Positions 37,932-47,518 of a DNA stretch of 64,000 nt are shown one piece after another (position 1 is the first letter of the stretch; each line of letters starts with the position of its first letter). Below the pieces are notes generated by a model. It did not search any database. It was not told the DNA's origin and was given only the letters and a program-made list of their open reading frames with translations. The stretch comes from an uncultured Gemmatimonadales bacterium (lineage in GTDB: Bacteria; Gemmatimonadota; Gemmatimonadetes; Gemmatimonadales; Gemmatimonadaceae), in assembly GCA_963851265.1 (NCBI GenBank), contig CAWKNZ010000010.1:128001-192000 (forward strand), in the 5' to 3' direction. A program made the translations under genes and the position numbers.

Positions 37932-38936
37932 GTGAGCGCCGTGGTGGAGCCGTCCCTCCCGCCGTCCCTCGCGCCGGCGGTCGTCGGTCGGCGCGGGGTG
38001 GGGCGTGCCCTCCGCCTGCTCGCGGCCGCCGCGGGTGTGCTCGCGTTCTGGTACGGCGTGACGGGCCTGTTGCTCGCCCTCGAACGCAGCGCGGCGACGC
38101 GGCTGCTCGCGCTCGTGCTCGCGGTCGTCGCGGCCGCGGTCGGCGTCGCCTGCGTGCGCGCGGCGCGCGGCGGCACGGGCGCGGGCGCCGGCGCGCGCGC
38201 CGTGCTCGGCGGCGCGCTCCTGTGGACCTGCGTCTCGGCCACATTCTACGGCGGGTGGGTGGTCGGGCCCGCTCCGTCAGGCGGCTCGGGTGCTGCGAGG
38301 GATGCCGGGCACGCGCCGTCGCTGGCGAGGGCGGGCGACGCGCTCGCGGCGACGGCCTACAGCACCGTGCTCGCGGCCGCGCTCCTGCTGCTCGCGCTGC
38401 GGGTCGCGCGCGGGCCCGGGTACGGTCGGGGCCAGGCCGGGGCGCCAGACGCGAGCGGCGCGGCACGCTACGCGCCCGCAACGTTCGGCACGCTCTGGGC
38501 GGCACATGAGCTCGCGAAGCTCAACGTCTTTCTCGGCGTCGCCAGCCCCGGTGCCGCGTACCTGCCGGACTATCTCGCGCACCTCCGCCGCTTCTTCGGG
38601 CCGGAGCACAACTCCCCGCTGCTCGCGTGGAGCGTGGTCGCGCTCGGGACGGCGGCGGCGCTCGCGGTGCGCGACGCACGCCGCGACCACGCGCTCCCGG
38701 CGCGCCGAACGGGCCTATCGCTTCTCGCCGGCATCCTCGCCCTCGCCGCATTCGAGCACGCGATGCTGGGTGTCCGCTCGACGCCGGCGTGGTGGGACGC
38801 GTTCGTCACGTGGCGCGAGGGGCCGCGCCACACGCGCCCGAGCGGACTGCACCCTGGGACCGCGCCCCGCGACTCCGACGGTCGCGGCGCGCGCGCCGAG
38901 GGTACACCCGAAATGCCGCCAGCACGGGGTGCGTGA
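37932..38936 (+). CDS. puhE: Putative photosynthetic complex assembly protein PuhE (DUF3623-like)
   Basis: Multi-TM; GWVVGP, HELAKLNVFLGV, YLPDYLAHL, LAAFEH. Start approximate. Confidence 0.72.
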   Translation: MSAVVEPSLPPSLAPAVVGRRGVGRALRLLAAAAGVLAFWYGVTGLLLALERSAATRLLALVLAVVAAAVGVACVRAARGGTGAGAGARAVLGGALLWTCVSATFYGGWVVGPAPSGGSGAARDAGHAPSLARAGDALAATAYSTVLAAALLLLALRVARGPGYGRGQAGAPDASGAARYAPATFGTLWAAHELAKLNVFLGVASPGAAYLPDYLAHLRRFFGPEHNSPLLAWSVVALGTAAALAVRDARRDHALPARRTGLSLLAGILALAAFEHAMLGVRSTPAWWDAFVTWREGPRHTRPSGLHPGTAPRDSDGRGARAEGTPEMPPARGA

Positions 38937-38973
38937 GCCTGCGCTCGACGCGCGCCGCCCGGGTCTTCCGACG

Positions 38974-40323
38974 TCAACGCAGCGTGTAGAGGTACGCCGC
39001 GATGTCGCGCGCGTCGCGGTCCGTCACGTCGAGGTTCGGCATCGCCCCGCCCGGCTCGTACTGTTGGGTCGTGCGCAGCCACGCGGTGAGGTTCTGGGGC
39101 GTGTTCGGCAACCGCCCCACGATGTACACGCGTCGCCCGTACCGGTCGAGCGGTGGTCCCACCTCGGCGTCCACCGGCCGGGCGACACCCGGGATCGCGT
39201 GGCACGAGCCGCAGCCGTAACGGCGCATCGCCGCCGGGCCACGCGTCGCGTCGCCACCTTCGACGAGCCAGGTGGGCGTGCCGCCGTGCGCGTCGCGACA
39301 CGCGGACGGCCCGCCCGCGATCGTGGCGGCGCAGACGGCGACCGCTGCCGCGCGCGCGGCCGGACGCCGTATCGGAGACGGGGCGTCGGACTCGCGCAGC
39401 CAGCGCACGAACAGGGCGCTCGCGACCCCAAGGTACACGATGCCCGCGGGGACCCACATGATCACGCCCGCCAGCTGCTGATCCTCGAGCGGCGTGAGTC
39501 CCCATGCGGCCGTGGTCCCGTAATGCCCGGTGTACCACGGGCGTACCGCGAAGGTGAGCGCGGCGCCGAGCAGGGCCATCGGCACGCCGGCAGCTGTCAC
39601 GTACAGCAGGCGTGCGCCGTCGCCGAAGCGGAGGGGCGCGTGCGACCGATGACGGGGCGCGGGACGCACGACCGGCCACCAGAACAGCGCGGCCGCGCCG
39701 AGGAGCGTGACGTGCTCCAGCGCGTGCACGGCTGGCCGGCGGAGCGCCCAATCGTACGGGGCCGGGGCGTGCCAGAACAGGACGCTGGCCAGGTGCAGCG
39801 TGATCGCTACGCCGGGCGAGGCGAGCAGCGCCGCCGCGGCGCGCACGCGGGCGCGCGCGGCCCACACGCGCCCCACCCGGACGCGCGTGCCGTCCGGAAA
39901 CGCCCAGAGCATCGCGAGCGCGGGCACGCCCGCGGCGAGGAGTGGCGCCGCGACGAGGATGAGCACCAGGTGCTGGCCCATGTGCGCGGTGAAGAGCGCG
40001 TCGGCCATCGCGTCGAGCGGCGTGAGCAACGCGAGCGCGAGCGCGACGAGTCCGGCCACGTACGCCCACGCGCGCCAGCGGACGATCCCGCGTCCCGCAC
40101 CGGCGCGCGCCCACGCGCGCCGGACGCCTACCGCGTACCACGCGCCGGCCGCGACGAGCCCCGCGACCACACCCGGGCTCGCGGGCCAGGTCCGCCAGAG
40201 ATCGTGCGGCTCGGGCGCGAGTCCCGGGTGTGCGTGCGCGAGTGCCGGGAGCGCAGCGACGGCGAGCGTGGCGCGCGCGACCGCCGAGCGCGCCGCGCGC
40301 GCGATCCGTGCGTTCGCGTTCAC
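38974..40323 (-). CDS. CtaG-type (caa3) oxidase assembly protein fused to a C-terminal cytochrome c
   Basis: LFTAHMGQHLVL, FWHAP, HALEH, DQQLAGVIMWVP followed in frame by YGCGSCHAIPG...AMPNL. Confidence 0.8.
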   Translation of the reverse strand: MNANARIARAARSAVARATLAVAALPALAHAHPGLAPEPHDLWRTWPASPGVVAGLVAAGAWYAVGVRRAWARAGAGRGIVRWRAWAYVAGLVALALALLTPLDAMADALFTAHMGQHLVLILVAAPLLAAGVPALAMLWAFPDGTRVRVGRVWAARARVRAAAALLASPGVAITLHLASVLFWHAPAPYDWALRRPAVHALEHVTLLGAAALFWWPVVRPAPRHRSHAPLRFGDGARLLYVTAAGVPMALLGAALTFAVRPWYTGHYGTTAAWGLTPLEDQQLAGVIMWVPAGIVYLGVASALFVRWLRESDAPSPIRRPAARAAAVAVCAATIAGGPSACRDAHGGTPTWLVEGGDATRGPAAMRRYGCGSCHAIPGVARPVDAEVGPPLDRYGRRVYIVGRLPNTPQNLTAWLRTTQQYEPGGAMPNLDVTDRDARDIAAYLYTLR

Positions 40324-40328
40324 GACCG

Positions 40329-41006
40329 TCAGGTTCCGCACGGCGGCACCAGGAACGGGGCGATCCCGTGCAGTACGCTCGCAGTGACGAAGACGAGGCT
40401 CGTCAGGATTCCCGACATCGCCATGAACCTCGTGCGCCCCTCGCCGATCTCGAGCGCGGCGCGCACGTTCGTCGTCCCGCCGAGGCGCGGCGCGCCGCGG
40501 TCGGTTCCGGCGCGGTCGGTTCCGCCACGGTCGGCGTCGCCGCGGCCGGCGCGGTCGTTCGCCGATCCGCCTCCCGTGCGACCGGCCCCTTGTTGTGCGC
40601 CCTGCGGCGCGTGATCGGCCGAGCCCTCGCCCCCGCCGCCCCCCTCTCCGCGCGTGCGCGTCCATTCGCGGTAGGCGAGCAGTCCGGCGCCGACGCCCAC
40701 GGCAACCGCGGCGAGGCTCACGGCGAGGGTGACCGCCTGCAAGCCGCCGAAGTCGGGCGTCCCGCGCGGATAGAGCCCTGGGTAGCAGGTGTGCGCCGCG
40801 AGCGCGTAGTCGGCGAGCGACTGAACGCTCCACGCGGCCGGCGCGCCGAAGATTCCGAACCAGAGCGCCGCGTAACTCGCGTCGCCGCGCGCGGGTGCGG
40901 GGTGCCCGGCCTCGTGCCGCGCCATCCGTTCGCCGGGCGTCCCACGACGCCCGCCCGCGACGTCGGCGTTCGCCCCGGGCTGCGGCGTCCCGTCGTGTGC
41001 GGTCAT
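40329..41006 (-). CDS. Membrane protein of the oxidase operon (possible accessory subunit)
   Basis: Three hydrophobic segments (LWFGIFGAPAAW...) and a GGAGG RBS, between coxI and ctaG. Confidence 0.6.
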   Translation of the reverse strand: MTAHDGTPQPGANADVAGGRRGTPGERMARHEAGHPAPARGDASYAALWFGIFGAPAAWSVQSLADYALAAHTCYPGLYPRGTPDFGGLQAVTLAVSLAAVAVGVGAGLLAYREWTRTRGEGGGGGEGSADHAPQGAQQGAGRTGGGSANDRAGRGDADRGGTDRAGTDRGAPRLGGTTNVRAALEIGEGRTRFMAMSGILTSLVFVTASVLHGIAPFLVPPCGT

Positions 41007-41014
41007 CGCGCCTC

Positions 41015-43519
41015 CTACCGCAGATGCGGTGTGACGTAGAGCGACGTGAACACCGCGAGCCACACCACGTCGACGAAGTGCCAGTACATCGCGGCGTTGG
41101 TCACCGCGAGGTGCCGGCGCGCCGTGAAGTGCCCGCGCGACGCGCGCACGAGCACGACCAGCAGCATGATCAGGCCCGCCGCGACGTGCGCGCCGTGGAA
41201 GCCGGTAATCGTGTAGAACAGCGAGGCGGACGCGTCGCTCGACGGGCCGAAGGTCTTCTGGCGGTACTCCACCAGTTGCAGCGCGAGAAACACGACGCCC
41301 ATGCCGATCGTGACCGCCACGCCGAGCTTGAGGCGCCCCTCGTTGCCGCGCCGCGCGCCGCGCTCCGCCCAGATCAGCACACCGCTGCTCGCGACGAGGA
41401 GCGCGGTGTTGACCCCGACGAGCTTGAGGTCGGGCGACCCGTAGAGCGGCCACGGGTTCGTCGACATCGAGCCGAGGTAGAAGTAGCTGAACAGGAAGTA
41501 GGCGAAGAGCGCCGCCTCCGTCCCGATCACGCAGCACATCCCCCAGAACCCGACCGAACTGCTGCCGAGCCCCGACGTCGGAAGGTCGCCGAAGGGCGTG
41601 TCGACGTCGCCGGTGTGGTGCAGCTGGTCCGACGACGGCCAGAGCCACACCACGATCGAGACCAGCGCCGCGCCAGCGCTCGACGCGGCGAGCCACCAGC
41701 GCCCGAACAGCAGGCCGTAGCTGAGCGCGAGCAACGACGCCGCGAGCACGACCGGCGCGTACGAATCGTCGGGCATGCGGATCACGGCGGTCGGCTCACC
41801 GTCGAGGGCGGAGGTCTCGAACGTCTCGCGCCCGTCGTCCAGCACCGGCCCGCAGTCGATGACGCTGCGCCCCGATCCTTCGGTCCCCAGCCGATCCTCC
41901 CACAACGGATGCCGGCTCGCCACCGTGGGGATCACGGCGAAGTTGTACGGCGGCGGGGGAGAGCTGGTCGCCCATTCCAGCGTCCCAGCGTCCCACGGAT
42001 TGGGACCGGCGCGCTGGCCGCGGTAGATGCTCACGACCACGTCGTAGACGAACAGGAGCATGCCGAGCGCGAAGAGCAGCGCGCCAACGCTCTCGACGAG
42101 GTTGGCCGACTCCCAGCCGAGCCCGGCCTGGTAGGTGTAGACGCGGCGTGGCATGCCGAGCATCCCGACGATGTGCATCGGGAAGAACAGCACGTTGGTC
42201 GCGACGAGGAGCGTCCAGAAGCTCCACTTCGCGAGCCGCTCGTCCATGAGCCGCCCGGTGAATTTCGGGAACCAGTAGATGATGCCGGCGAGCACCGGGT
42301 ACACGTTGATCCCGACGAGCACGTAGTGCAGGTGCGCGACGACGAAATACGTGTCGGTGAGCTGCCAGTCGAACGGCACCGCGGCCGTCATCACGCCGTT
42401 CACGCCGCCGATCACGAAGAGCAGGACGAACCCGAGCATGAACAGCATCGACGCCGTGAGGCGCGGGCGCCCGTGGTAGACCGTCGCGATCCACGCGAAC
42501 GTCGACACGCCGCTGGGGATCGCGATGATCATGCTCGCCGCGCCGAAGAAGGACAGCGAGAGCGGCGGCAATCCGGTGGCGAACATGTGGTGCACCCAGA
42601 CGCCGAAGCCGAGCAGCGCGGTGACCACGGTCGAGAGCGCGACGAAGGTGTAGCCGACGAGCGGGCGCCGCGCGAACGTCGGGAGCGCGTCCGACACGAT
42701 CCCGATCGCGGGCAGGACGATCACGTACACCCACGGGTGCCCGAACATCCAGAACAGATGCTGCCAGAGCAGCGGGTGCCCCTCGCTCGTCGCGTCGTAA
42801 AAGTGGAAGCCGAAGCGCCGGTCGAGGTAGAGGAAGATCAGCGCCGCCGAGAGCGCCGGCACCGCCGCGAGGTTCACGAACGACGTCGACAGCGTTCCCC
42901 ACACGATGATCGGCAGCCGGTTGAGCGACATCCCCGGCGCGCGCGTGGTGAAGAGGGTGACGATGAAGTTGACGGCGCCGACCGTCGTCGAGACGCTGAG
43001 CAGGAGCAGCCCGAGCGCGTAGTAGTCGATGTTGCGGCCCGGGTTGTACGCCGCCCCGGCGTAGGGCACGTAGTCGAACCACCCCGCGTTGGGCATCTCG
43101 CCGAGCACTGCGCTGGTGTAGATGAAGATGCCGGCGGCGAGGAAGGTCCAGTACGACAGCGCGTTCAGCCGGGGGAACGCCATGTCCCGCGCGCCGAGCA
43201 TCAGCGGCCAGAGGAAGTTGCTGAAGCCGCTCAGGACCGGCGAGGCGTAGAGGAAGATCATCGTCACGCCGTGCATGCTGAACAGCTCGTTGTACTGCTC
43301 CGGCCCGAGCAGCGATTCGTTGGCGCGGGCGAGCTGCGCGCGCAACGCGAGCGCCTCGAGCCCGCCGACGAGCAGGAAGACGAACGCCGTGACGAGGTAG
43401 CGCTTGCCGATCGTCTTGTGGTCGACGCTCGACAGGAATCCGCGCCAGCCGCGCGGCGTCTCCCAGGTGCGTTGCAGGCGCGCGACCGGGGCGCGGTCGA
43501 CGGCGACGAGGGTGGCCAA
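41015..43519 (-). CDS. ctaD: Heme-copper oxidase subunit I fused to subunit III (atypical A-like)
   Basis: SVDHKTIG, MHGVTMIF, FGHPWVY, WVHHMF, VAHLHYV, GMPRR; C-terminal TGFHGAHV and YWHFVDVVW of subunit III. TTG start with GGAG RBS. Confidence 0.9.
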   Translation of the reverse strand: MATLVAVDRAPVARLQRTWETPRGWRGFLSSVDHKTIGKRYLVTAFVFLLVGGLEALALRAQLARANESLLGPEQYNELFSMHGVTMIFLYASPVLSGFSNFLWPLMLGARDMAFPRLNALSYWTFLAAGIFIYTSAVLGEMPNAGWFDYVPYAGAAYNPGRNIDYYALGLLLLSVSTTVGAVNFIVTLFTTRAPGMSLNRLPIIVWGTLSTSFVNLAAVPALSAALIFLYLDRRFGFHFYDATSEGHPLLWQHLFWMFGHPWVYVIVLPAIGIVSDALPTFARRPLVGYTFVALSTVVTALLGFGVWVHHMFATGLPPLSLSFFGAASMIIAIPSGVSTFAWIATVYHGRPRLTASMLFMLGFVLLFVIGGVNGVMTAAVPFDWQLTDTYFVVAHLHYVLVGINVYPVLAGIIYWFPKFTGRLMDERLAKWSFWTLLVATNVLFFPMHIVGMLGMPRRVYTYQAGLGWESANLVESVGALLFALGMLLFVYDVVVSIYRGQRAGPNPWDAGTLEWATSSPPPPYNFAVIPTVASRHPLWEDRLGTEGSGRSVIDCGPVLDDGRETFETSALDGEPTAVIRMPDDSYAPVVLAASLLALSYGLLFGRWWLAASSAGAALVSIVVWLWPSSDQLHHTGDVDTPFGDLPTSGLGSSSVGFWGMCCVIGTEAALFAYFLFSYFYLGSMSTNPWPLYGSPDLKLVGVNTALLVASSGVLIWAERGARRGNEGRLKLGVAVTIGMGVVFLALQLVEYRQKTFGPSSDASASLFYTITGFHGAHVAAGLIMLLVVLVRASRGHFTARRHLAVTNAAMYWHFVDVVWLAVFTSLYVTPHLR

Positions 43520-43562
43520 GGGGTTCTCCGCGGGTGGCGAGGCGGGCGTGGACGCGCGGGCG

Positions 43563-44894
43563 TCAGCGCAGCGTCTGCAGGTAGTGGACGACGGCGAGCA
43601 GGTCGTTAGGCGGCAGCGGCAGCGTCGGCATCCGGCTGCCCGGCTTGGCACCCTGCGCGTTCGCGACCCAGCCGGCGAGGTTGCCCGTCGTGTTCGGCAG
43701 GATCCCGCCGGCGATCGTCTCGCGCGAGGCGACGTGCGTGAGGTCGGGCCCGAGGCGGCCCAGCGCGTCGCTCCCGCGCACGGCGTGGCAGGCGCCGCAG
43801 TTGGCGAGGAACACCGCCTGGCCGGCCCGCGCCAGCGAGTCGCCGCCCGCGCTGGCGGCGGACGGCGCCACGACCGGAGACGGCGCGGGCACCGGGGGCC
43901 CGAAGCCGTGCACGGCGGCGCCGGTCGCGGTGGGCGGCGGCGCCGTGGCCGGCATCGATTCGCCGACGGGCTGGTTGGCGCGGCCGGTCGCCGCGCTCAT
44001 GATCGCGGCCGGGACGAGGGCGGGCGCGGACTGCCGCTGCCCCTCCGCCCAGCGCTCGAACGCCGCCGGCGGATCGGCCACGACGTAGAGCGCCATCTTC
44101 GCGTGCTCCATCCCGCAGTACTCGGCGCACTGGCCGCGGTACCGCCCCGGGCGGTCCGCCTGGATCCACGTCTCGTTGCGCTGCCCGGGGATCAGGTCCG
44201 TCTTCCCCGCCAGCTCGGGAATCCAGAAGCTGTGGATCACGTCGGCCGTGCGCAGCCGGATGCGCACGGGCCGCCCCACCGGGATGTGCAGCTCGTTCGC
44301 CGTGGTGAAGGTGTGCTCGGGGAGCGAATCGCGATACTGCGCCTCCCACCACCACATGTGGCCCGTGACGTCGACGGTGATCGCGGGCGCGTCCGGCGGG
44401 CGGGCGGCGGCGCGGAGGGTCGCCGCCGTCGCGACGAAGGCGACGACGAGGATGACCACCGTTGCCGCGGTGCCCCAGTAGATCCACGGCAGCCCCTGGT
44501 CTCCACCGTGACGCTTCGCGTTGCCGTGCGTCGCCGCGGCGGCCTGGCCGCCGGATTGCGGCCCCGCGCTATCGTCGACCGCGAGCGCGTGGCGCATCGA
44601 CGGGCGCTCCCGCGCGCCCTCCCCCGCGTCGGGGCGGCGCCGGAAGATCGCCACGAGCAGGACCGCGGCGGTCGCCACGACCACCGCGACCGAGATCCCC
44701 GTCAACCACCACCCGAGCGTCGCCTCGACCTCGGCGGCCGGGCCCGACGGACGCATGTAGCTCGGCGAGGCCGCGTTGCCGCAGGCCGCGAGGGTGAGGA
44801 TGCCTAACGCTGCGACGAGGGCGGGTGCCCGCCGTGCCGCGCCGGTCGTCCCCGCCGCCGCCACGCGGGCGGCGCGGCGCTCACTGGTCAGCAT
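43563..44894 (-). CDS. ctaC: Cytochrome c oxidase subunit II with CuA and C-terminal cytochrome c
   Basis: Lipoprotein LAAC, GHMWWWE, DVIHSFWIP, CAEYCGMEHAKM, CGACH. Confidence 0.92.
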   Translation of the reverse strand: MLTSERRAARVAAAGTTGAARRAPALVAALGILTLAACGNAASPSYMRPSGPAAEVEATLGWWLTGISVAVVVATAAVLLVAIFRRRPDAGEGARERPSMRHALAVDDSAGPQSGGQAAAATHGNAKRHGGDQGLPWIYWGTAATVVILVVAFVATAATLRAAARPPDAPAITVDVTGHMWWWEAQYRDSLPEHTFTTANELHIPVGRPVRIRLRTADVIHSFWIPELAGKTDLIPGQRNETWIQADRPGRYRGQCAEYCGMEHAKMALYVVADPPAAFERWAEGQRQSAPALVPAAIMSAATGRANQPVGESMPATAPPPTATGAAVHGFGPPVPAPSPVVAPSAASAGGDSLARAGQAVFLANCGACHAVRGSDALGRLGPDLTHVASRETIAGGILPNTTGNLAGWVANAQGAKPGSRMPTLPLPPNDLLAVVHYLQTLR

Positions 44895-45516
44895 TCTGCG
44901 CCCCGCGCAGCGTGCGTGCGCCGGTCGTATCCTCGTCCCCCAGGTCGCCCTGCTTGCCGCGGTCCGCGAGCGGCGCGGGGAACGTGCCGTGGAACGACTC
45001 GATGTACGTCACGAGCTTCCATAGCTGCTCGGGCGGGAGCGCGCGCCCCCAGGCCGGCATCCCCTGCGGCCGCCCCTCCCAGAGCGTCTTGTAGATCTCG
45101 GCGGGCGAGCCGCCGTACCGCCAGGACCGGTCGCGCAGGTTGGGACCCATGCCGCCGCGCAGGTCGTAACCGTGGCAGTCGGCGCAGTTCATCCGCTGGT
45201 AGAGCTCCCCGCCCTCGCGCGCGGCCGCGGAGTCGCCCTCGTACGGGTTGCGGATGGTGCTGGCGAGCGTGTTCGGCGTCGCGCCCGCCCAGTCGCCCAG
45301 CGGAACGCGGGCGAGCGTTCCCTCGTCGGGGATCGTGTTCGTGCCGCGCCCGGCACCGCGGATCTCCTGCTCGTGGCCGGCGTCGGCGCACGCCGCGAAC
45401 GCGGCGGCGGTGGCGCAGAGGGCGAGTAGCGCGGCGGCACGCGCCGCCGTTGGGCGCATCGCGGTGGGGCGGCTCGTCGTGGGACGCATCGTCGTGGCGC
45501 GCATCGTCGTGCTCAC
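44881..45516 (-). CDS. Monoheme cytochrome c lipoprotein (probable electron acceptor of the PQQ enzyme, XoxG/cytochrome cL-like role)
   Basis: FAAC signal, NPYEGD, CADCHG, GGMGPNLRD..WRYG, GMPAWG. Confidence 0.8.
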   Translation of the reverse strand: MSTTMRATTMRPTTSRPTAMRPTAARAAALLALCATAAAFAACADAGHEQEIRGAGRGTNTIPDEGTLARVPLGDWAGATPNTLASTIRNPYEGDSAAAREGGELYQRMNCADCHGYDLRGGMGPNLRDRSWRYGGSPAEIYKTLWEGRPQGMPAWGRALPPEQLWKLVTYIESFHGTFPAPLADRGKQGDLGDEDTTGARTLRGAQNADQ

Positions 45517-47462
45517 CGGTGGCCTGTCCCCGAGCCCGGCGGGCTTCCCGTGGCGCCCCCCTGCTGCTGGTTGGGCAGCGAGGGGACCGCGGGGACGTTC
45601 TCGGGGAGCGTGTAGACGTACAGCGTCCCGCCGCGCGGCGGGAAGCCCTTCTCGGCCTGCAGCGTCATCGCGAAGCCGCCGACGCCGCTCATCACCGCCA
45701 CGTACTGGTGCCCGTCGGGGCCGCGGTAGGTCATCGGCGGGCTGTGGATGCCGCTGCCTAACTTCTGCGACCAGAGCACCTGTCCGGTGCGCGCACTCAC
45801 CGCCCGGAACCAGCCGTCGGTGGTGCCGTAGAAGACCAGGTCGCTGGCCGTGACCATCGGCCCGCCGGCGACGTAGAGGTGCTCGGGGATCGCCCACGCG
45901 CGCTTGCCCGCGGCCGCGTCCCAGGCGATCAGCTCGCCGTAGTTCCCCCCCGGCCCCGGGTGGCGCGTCATGTCGGCGCCCCAGTACGGCGTGCCGGCGA
46001 TGTAGCTGACCTCGCGCCCGCGGTAGTCCATGCAGGCGTTGTTGACCGACGCGTAGTACCAGCCCGTGCGCGGCGAGTACGCCGCGGGCTGCCAGTTGGA
46101 TACGCCGATGTCGGGCGGGCAGATGTTGCGCACCCAGCGCCCCGGCGGGATCGTCTGCTTGTCCGCGTTGACGATCGGTTGCATGGTCTTGGGGTCGATC
46201 CCGCTCGACCAGTTCTCGTAGCCGAACGGCTTGGCGACCAGCACCTCTCCCGTCTCGCGGTCGATCGTGTAGGCGTACCCGTTCCGGTTGAACTGGACCA
46301 GCGTCTTGCGCGTGCGCCCGTTCACCGGGATGTCGGCGAGCACGTTCCAGTTCACGCCGTCGTAGTCCCACTGGTTGTTAGGCGTGAACTGGAAGGCCCA
46401 GCGCGCGTACCCCGTGTTGGCGTCGCGCCCGAACACCGCGCTCGTGAACAGGTTGAGCCCGGGCCGCTGGTCGGCGTTCCACGGTCCGGGGTTGCTCGTG
46501 CCGTTGTAGACGAGGTTGAGGTCGGGGTCGTACGAAATCCACCCCCAGACCGCGCCGGCGCCGTGCTTCCACGCGTCGGCGGGCCAGGTCCGGGCGCCCA
46601 TGTCCTTGCCCTTGAGCCAGCTGTAGAACGGCTTGTAAGTGTCGTTGATGCGCACGAGCGAGTCGGGGCCGGTGCTGAAGGCGCGCCAGAGCTCCTTGCC
46701 CGTGTGTACGTCGAGCGCGGCCATCCAGCCGTGCGCGCCCATCTCGCCTCCGGAGTTGCCGACGTAGACCTTGTCGCCGACGACGAGCGGCGCCATGGTC
46801 ATCGTGACGCCGTCCTCCACGTTCGCCATCTTCGTGCGCCACACCTCCTTCCCCGTCGCGGTGTCGACGGCAACCGTGTGGTCGTCGAGGAGGTTGTAGA
46901 TCAACTTCCCGTCGGCGATCATCGCGCCACGCGTCACCGCGTCGCAGCACGCCTTTCCGATCGCGGCCGGCGAGGGGTTGGGCTTGAAGGTCCACTTGAG
47001 TGCCGGCGCGCCGGGCGTCGTGAGGTCGAGCGCGTACGCGTTGCTCGGAAAGGGCGCGACGACGTACATCGTATTCCCGGCGACGAGCGGCGCGGCCTCG
47101 TGCCCGTGCCGGACCGCGGTCGAGAACGAGAAGGCGAGCTTGAGCCGCCCCACGTTGGCGGGCGTGATCTCGGTCAGCGGGCTGTAGCGCGTCATCCCGT
47201 AGTCGCGCCCGGTGGTCAGCCAGTTGCCGTCGGTCGTGCCCGGCGGGTACCACCGGGCGGCGCGCTCGAGCATGGCCGGGTTGGCGACGGCGTTCGCGCC
47301 CCCGGGGGCCGCGGCGCCCGGCGCAGCGTTAGGCGCGGCGTCGGGCCGGAGGGTGCCGGCGGCGAGGCCGCGGTCGTCGCGCTTGCCGCAGGCGGCCGCG
47401 AGCGTGAGGGCGCCCGCGGCGAGGGCGGTACGGGTGCGGGAGGAGCACGTCGAGTGAGGCAT
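45513..47462 (-). CDS. PQQ-dependent methanol/ethanol-family dehydrogenase, XoxF-like (lanthanide motif)
   Basis: RYSPLTEITPANV, vicinal ACCDAVTRG, GGEMG, WGWISYDP, NPGPW, WDYDG; lipoprotein signal LAAAC. Confidence 0.88.
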   Translation of the reverse strand: MPHSTCSSRTRTALAAGALTLAAACGKRDDRGLAAGTLRPDAAPNAAPGAAAPGGANAVANPAMLERAARWYPPGTTDGNWLTTGRDYGMTRYSPLTEITPANVGRLKLAFSFSTAVRHGHEAAPLVAGNTMYVVAPFPSNAYALDLTTPGAPALKWTFKPNPSPAAIGKACCDAVTRGAMIADGKLIYNLLDDHTVAVDTATGKEVWRTKMANVEDGVTMTMAPLVVGDKVYVGNSGGEMGAHGWMAALDVHTGKELWRAFSTGPDSLVRINDTYKPFYSWLKGKDMGARTWPADAWKHGAGAVWGWISYDPDLNLVYNGTSNPGPWNADQRPGLNLFTSAVFGRDANTGYARWAFQFTPNNQWDYDGVNWNVLADIPVNGRTRKTLVQFNRNGYAYTIDRETGEVLVAKPFGYENWSSGIDPKTMQPIVNADKQTIPPGRWVRNICPPDIGVSNWQPAAYSPRTGWYYASVNNACMDYRGREVSYIAGTPYWGADMTRHPGPGGNYGELIAWDAAAGKRAWAIPEHLYVAGGPMVTASDLVFYGTTDGWFRAVSARTGQVLWSQKLGSGIHSPPMTYRGPDGHQYVAVMSGVGGFAMTLQAEKGFPPRGGTLYVYTLPENVPAVPSLPNQQQGGATGSPPGSGTGHR

Positions 47463-47518
47463 CACCACGGATCGGGGCACGGCGGAACAGGGCGCAGGGC
47501 GCGGACGCGGCGTGGCGG

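Noticed and set aside
41015..43519. Oxidase as a nitric oxide reductase
   Set aside because: The cross-link Tyr (HPxVY), CuA subunit II and subunit III are retained, which favours O2 reduction.
45513..47462. Calling the PQQ enzyme xoxF and the organism a methylotroph
   Set aside because: The lanthanide motif does not define the substrate, and no xoxJ or C1 assimilation genes are in the window.
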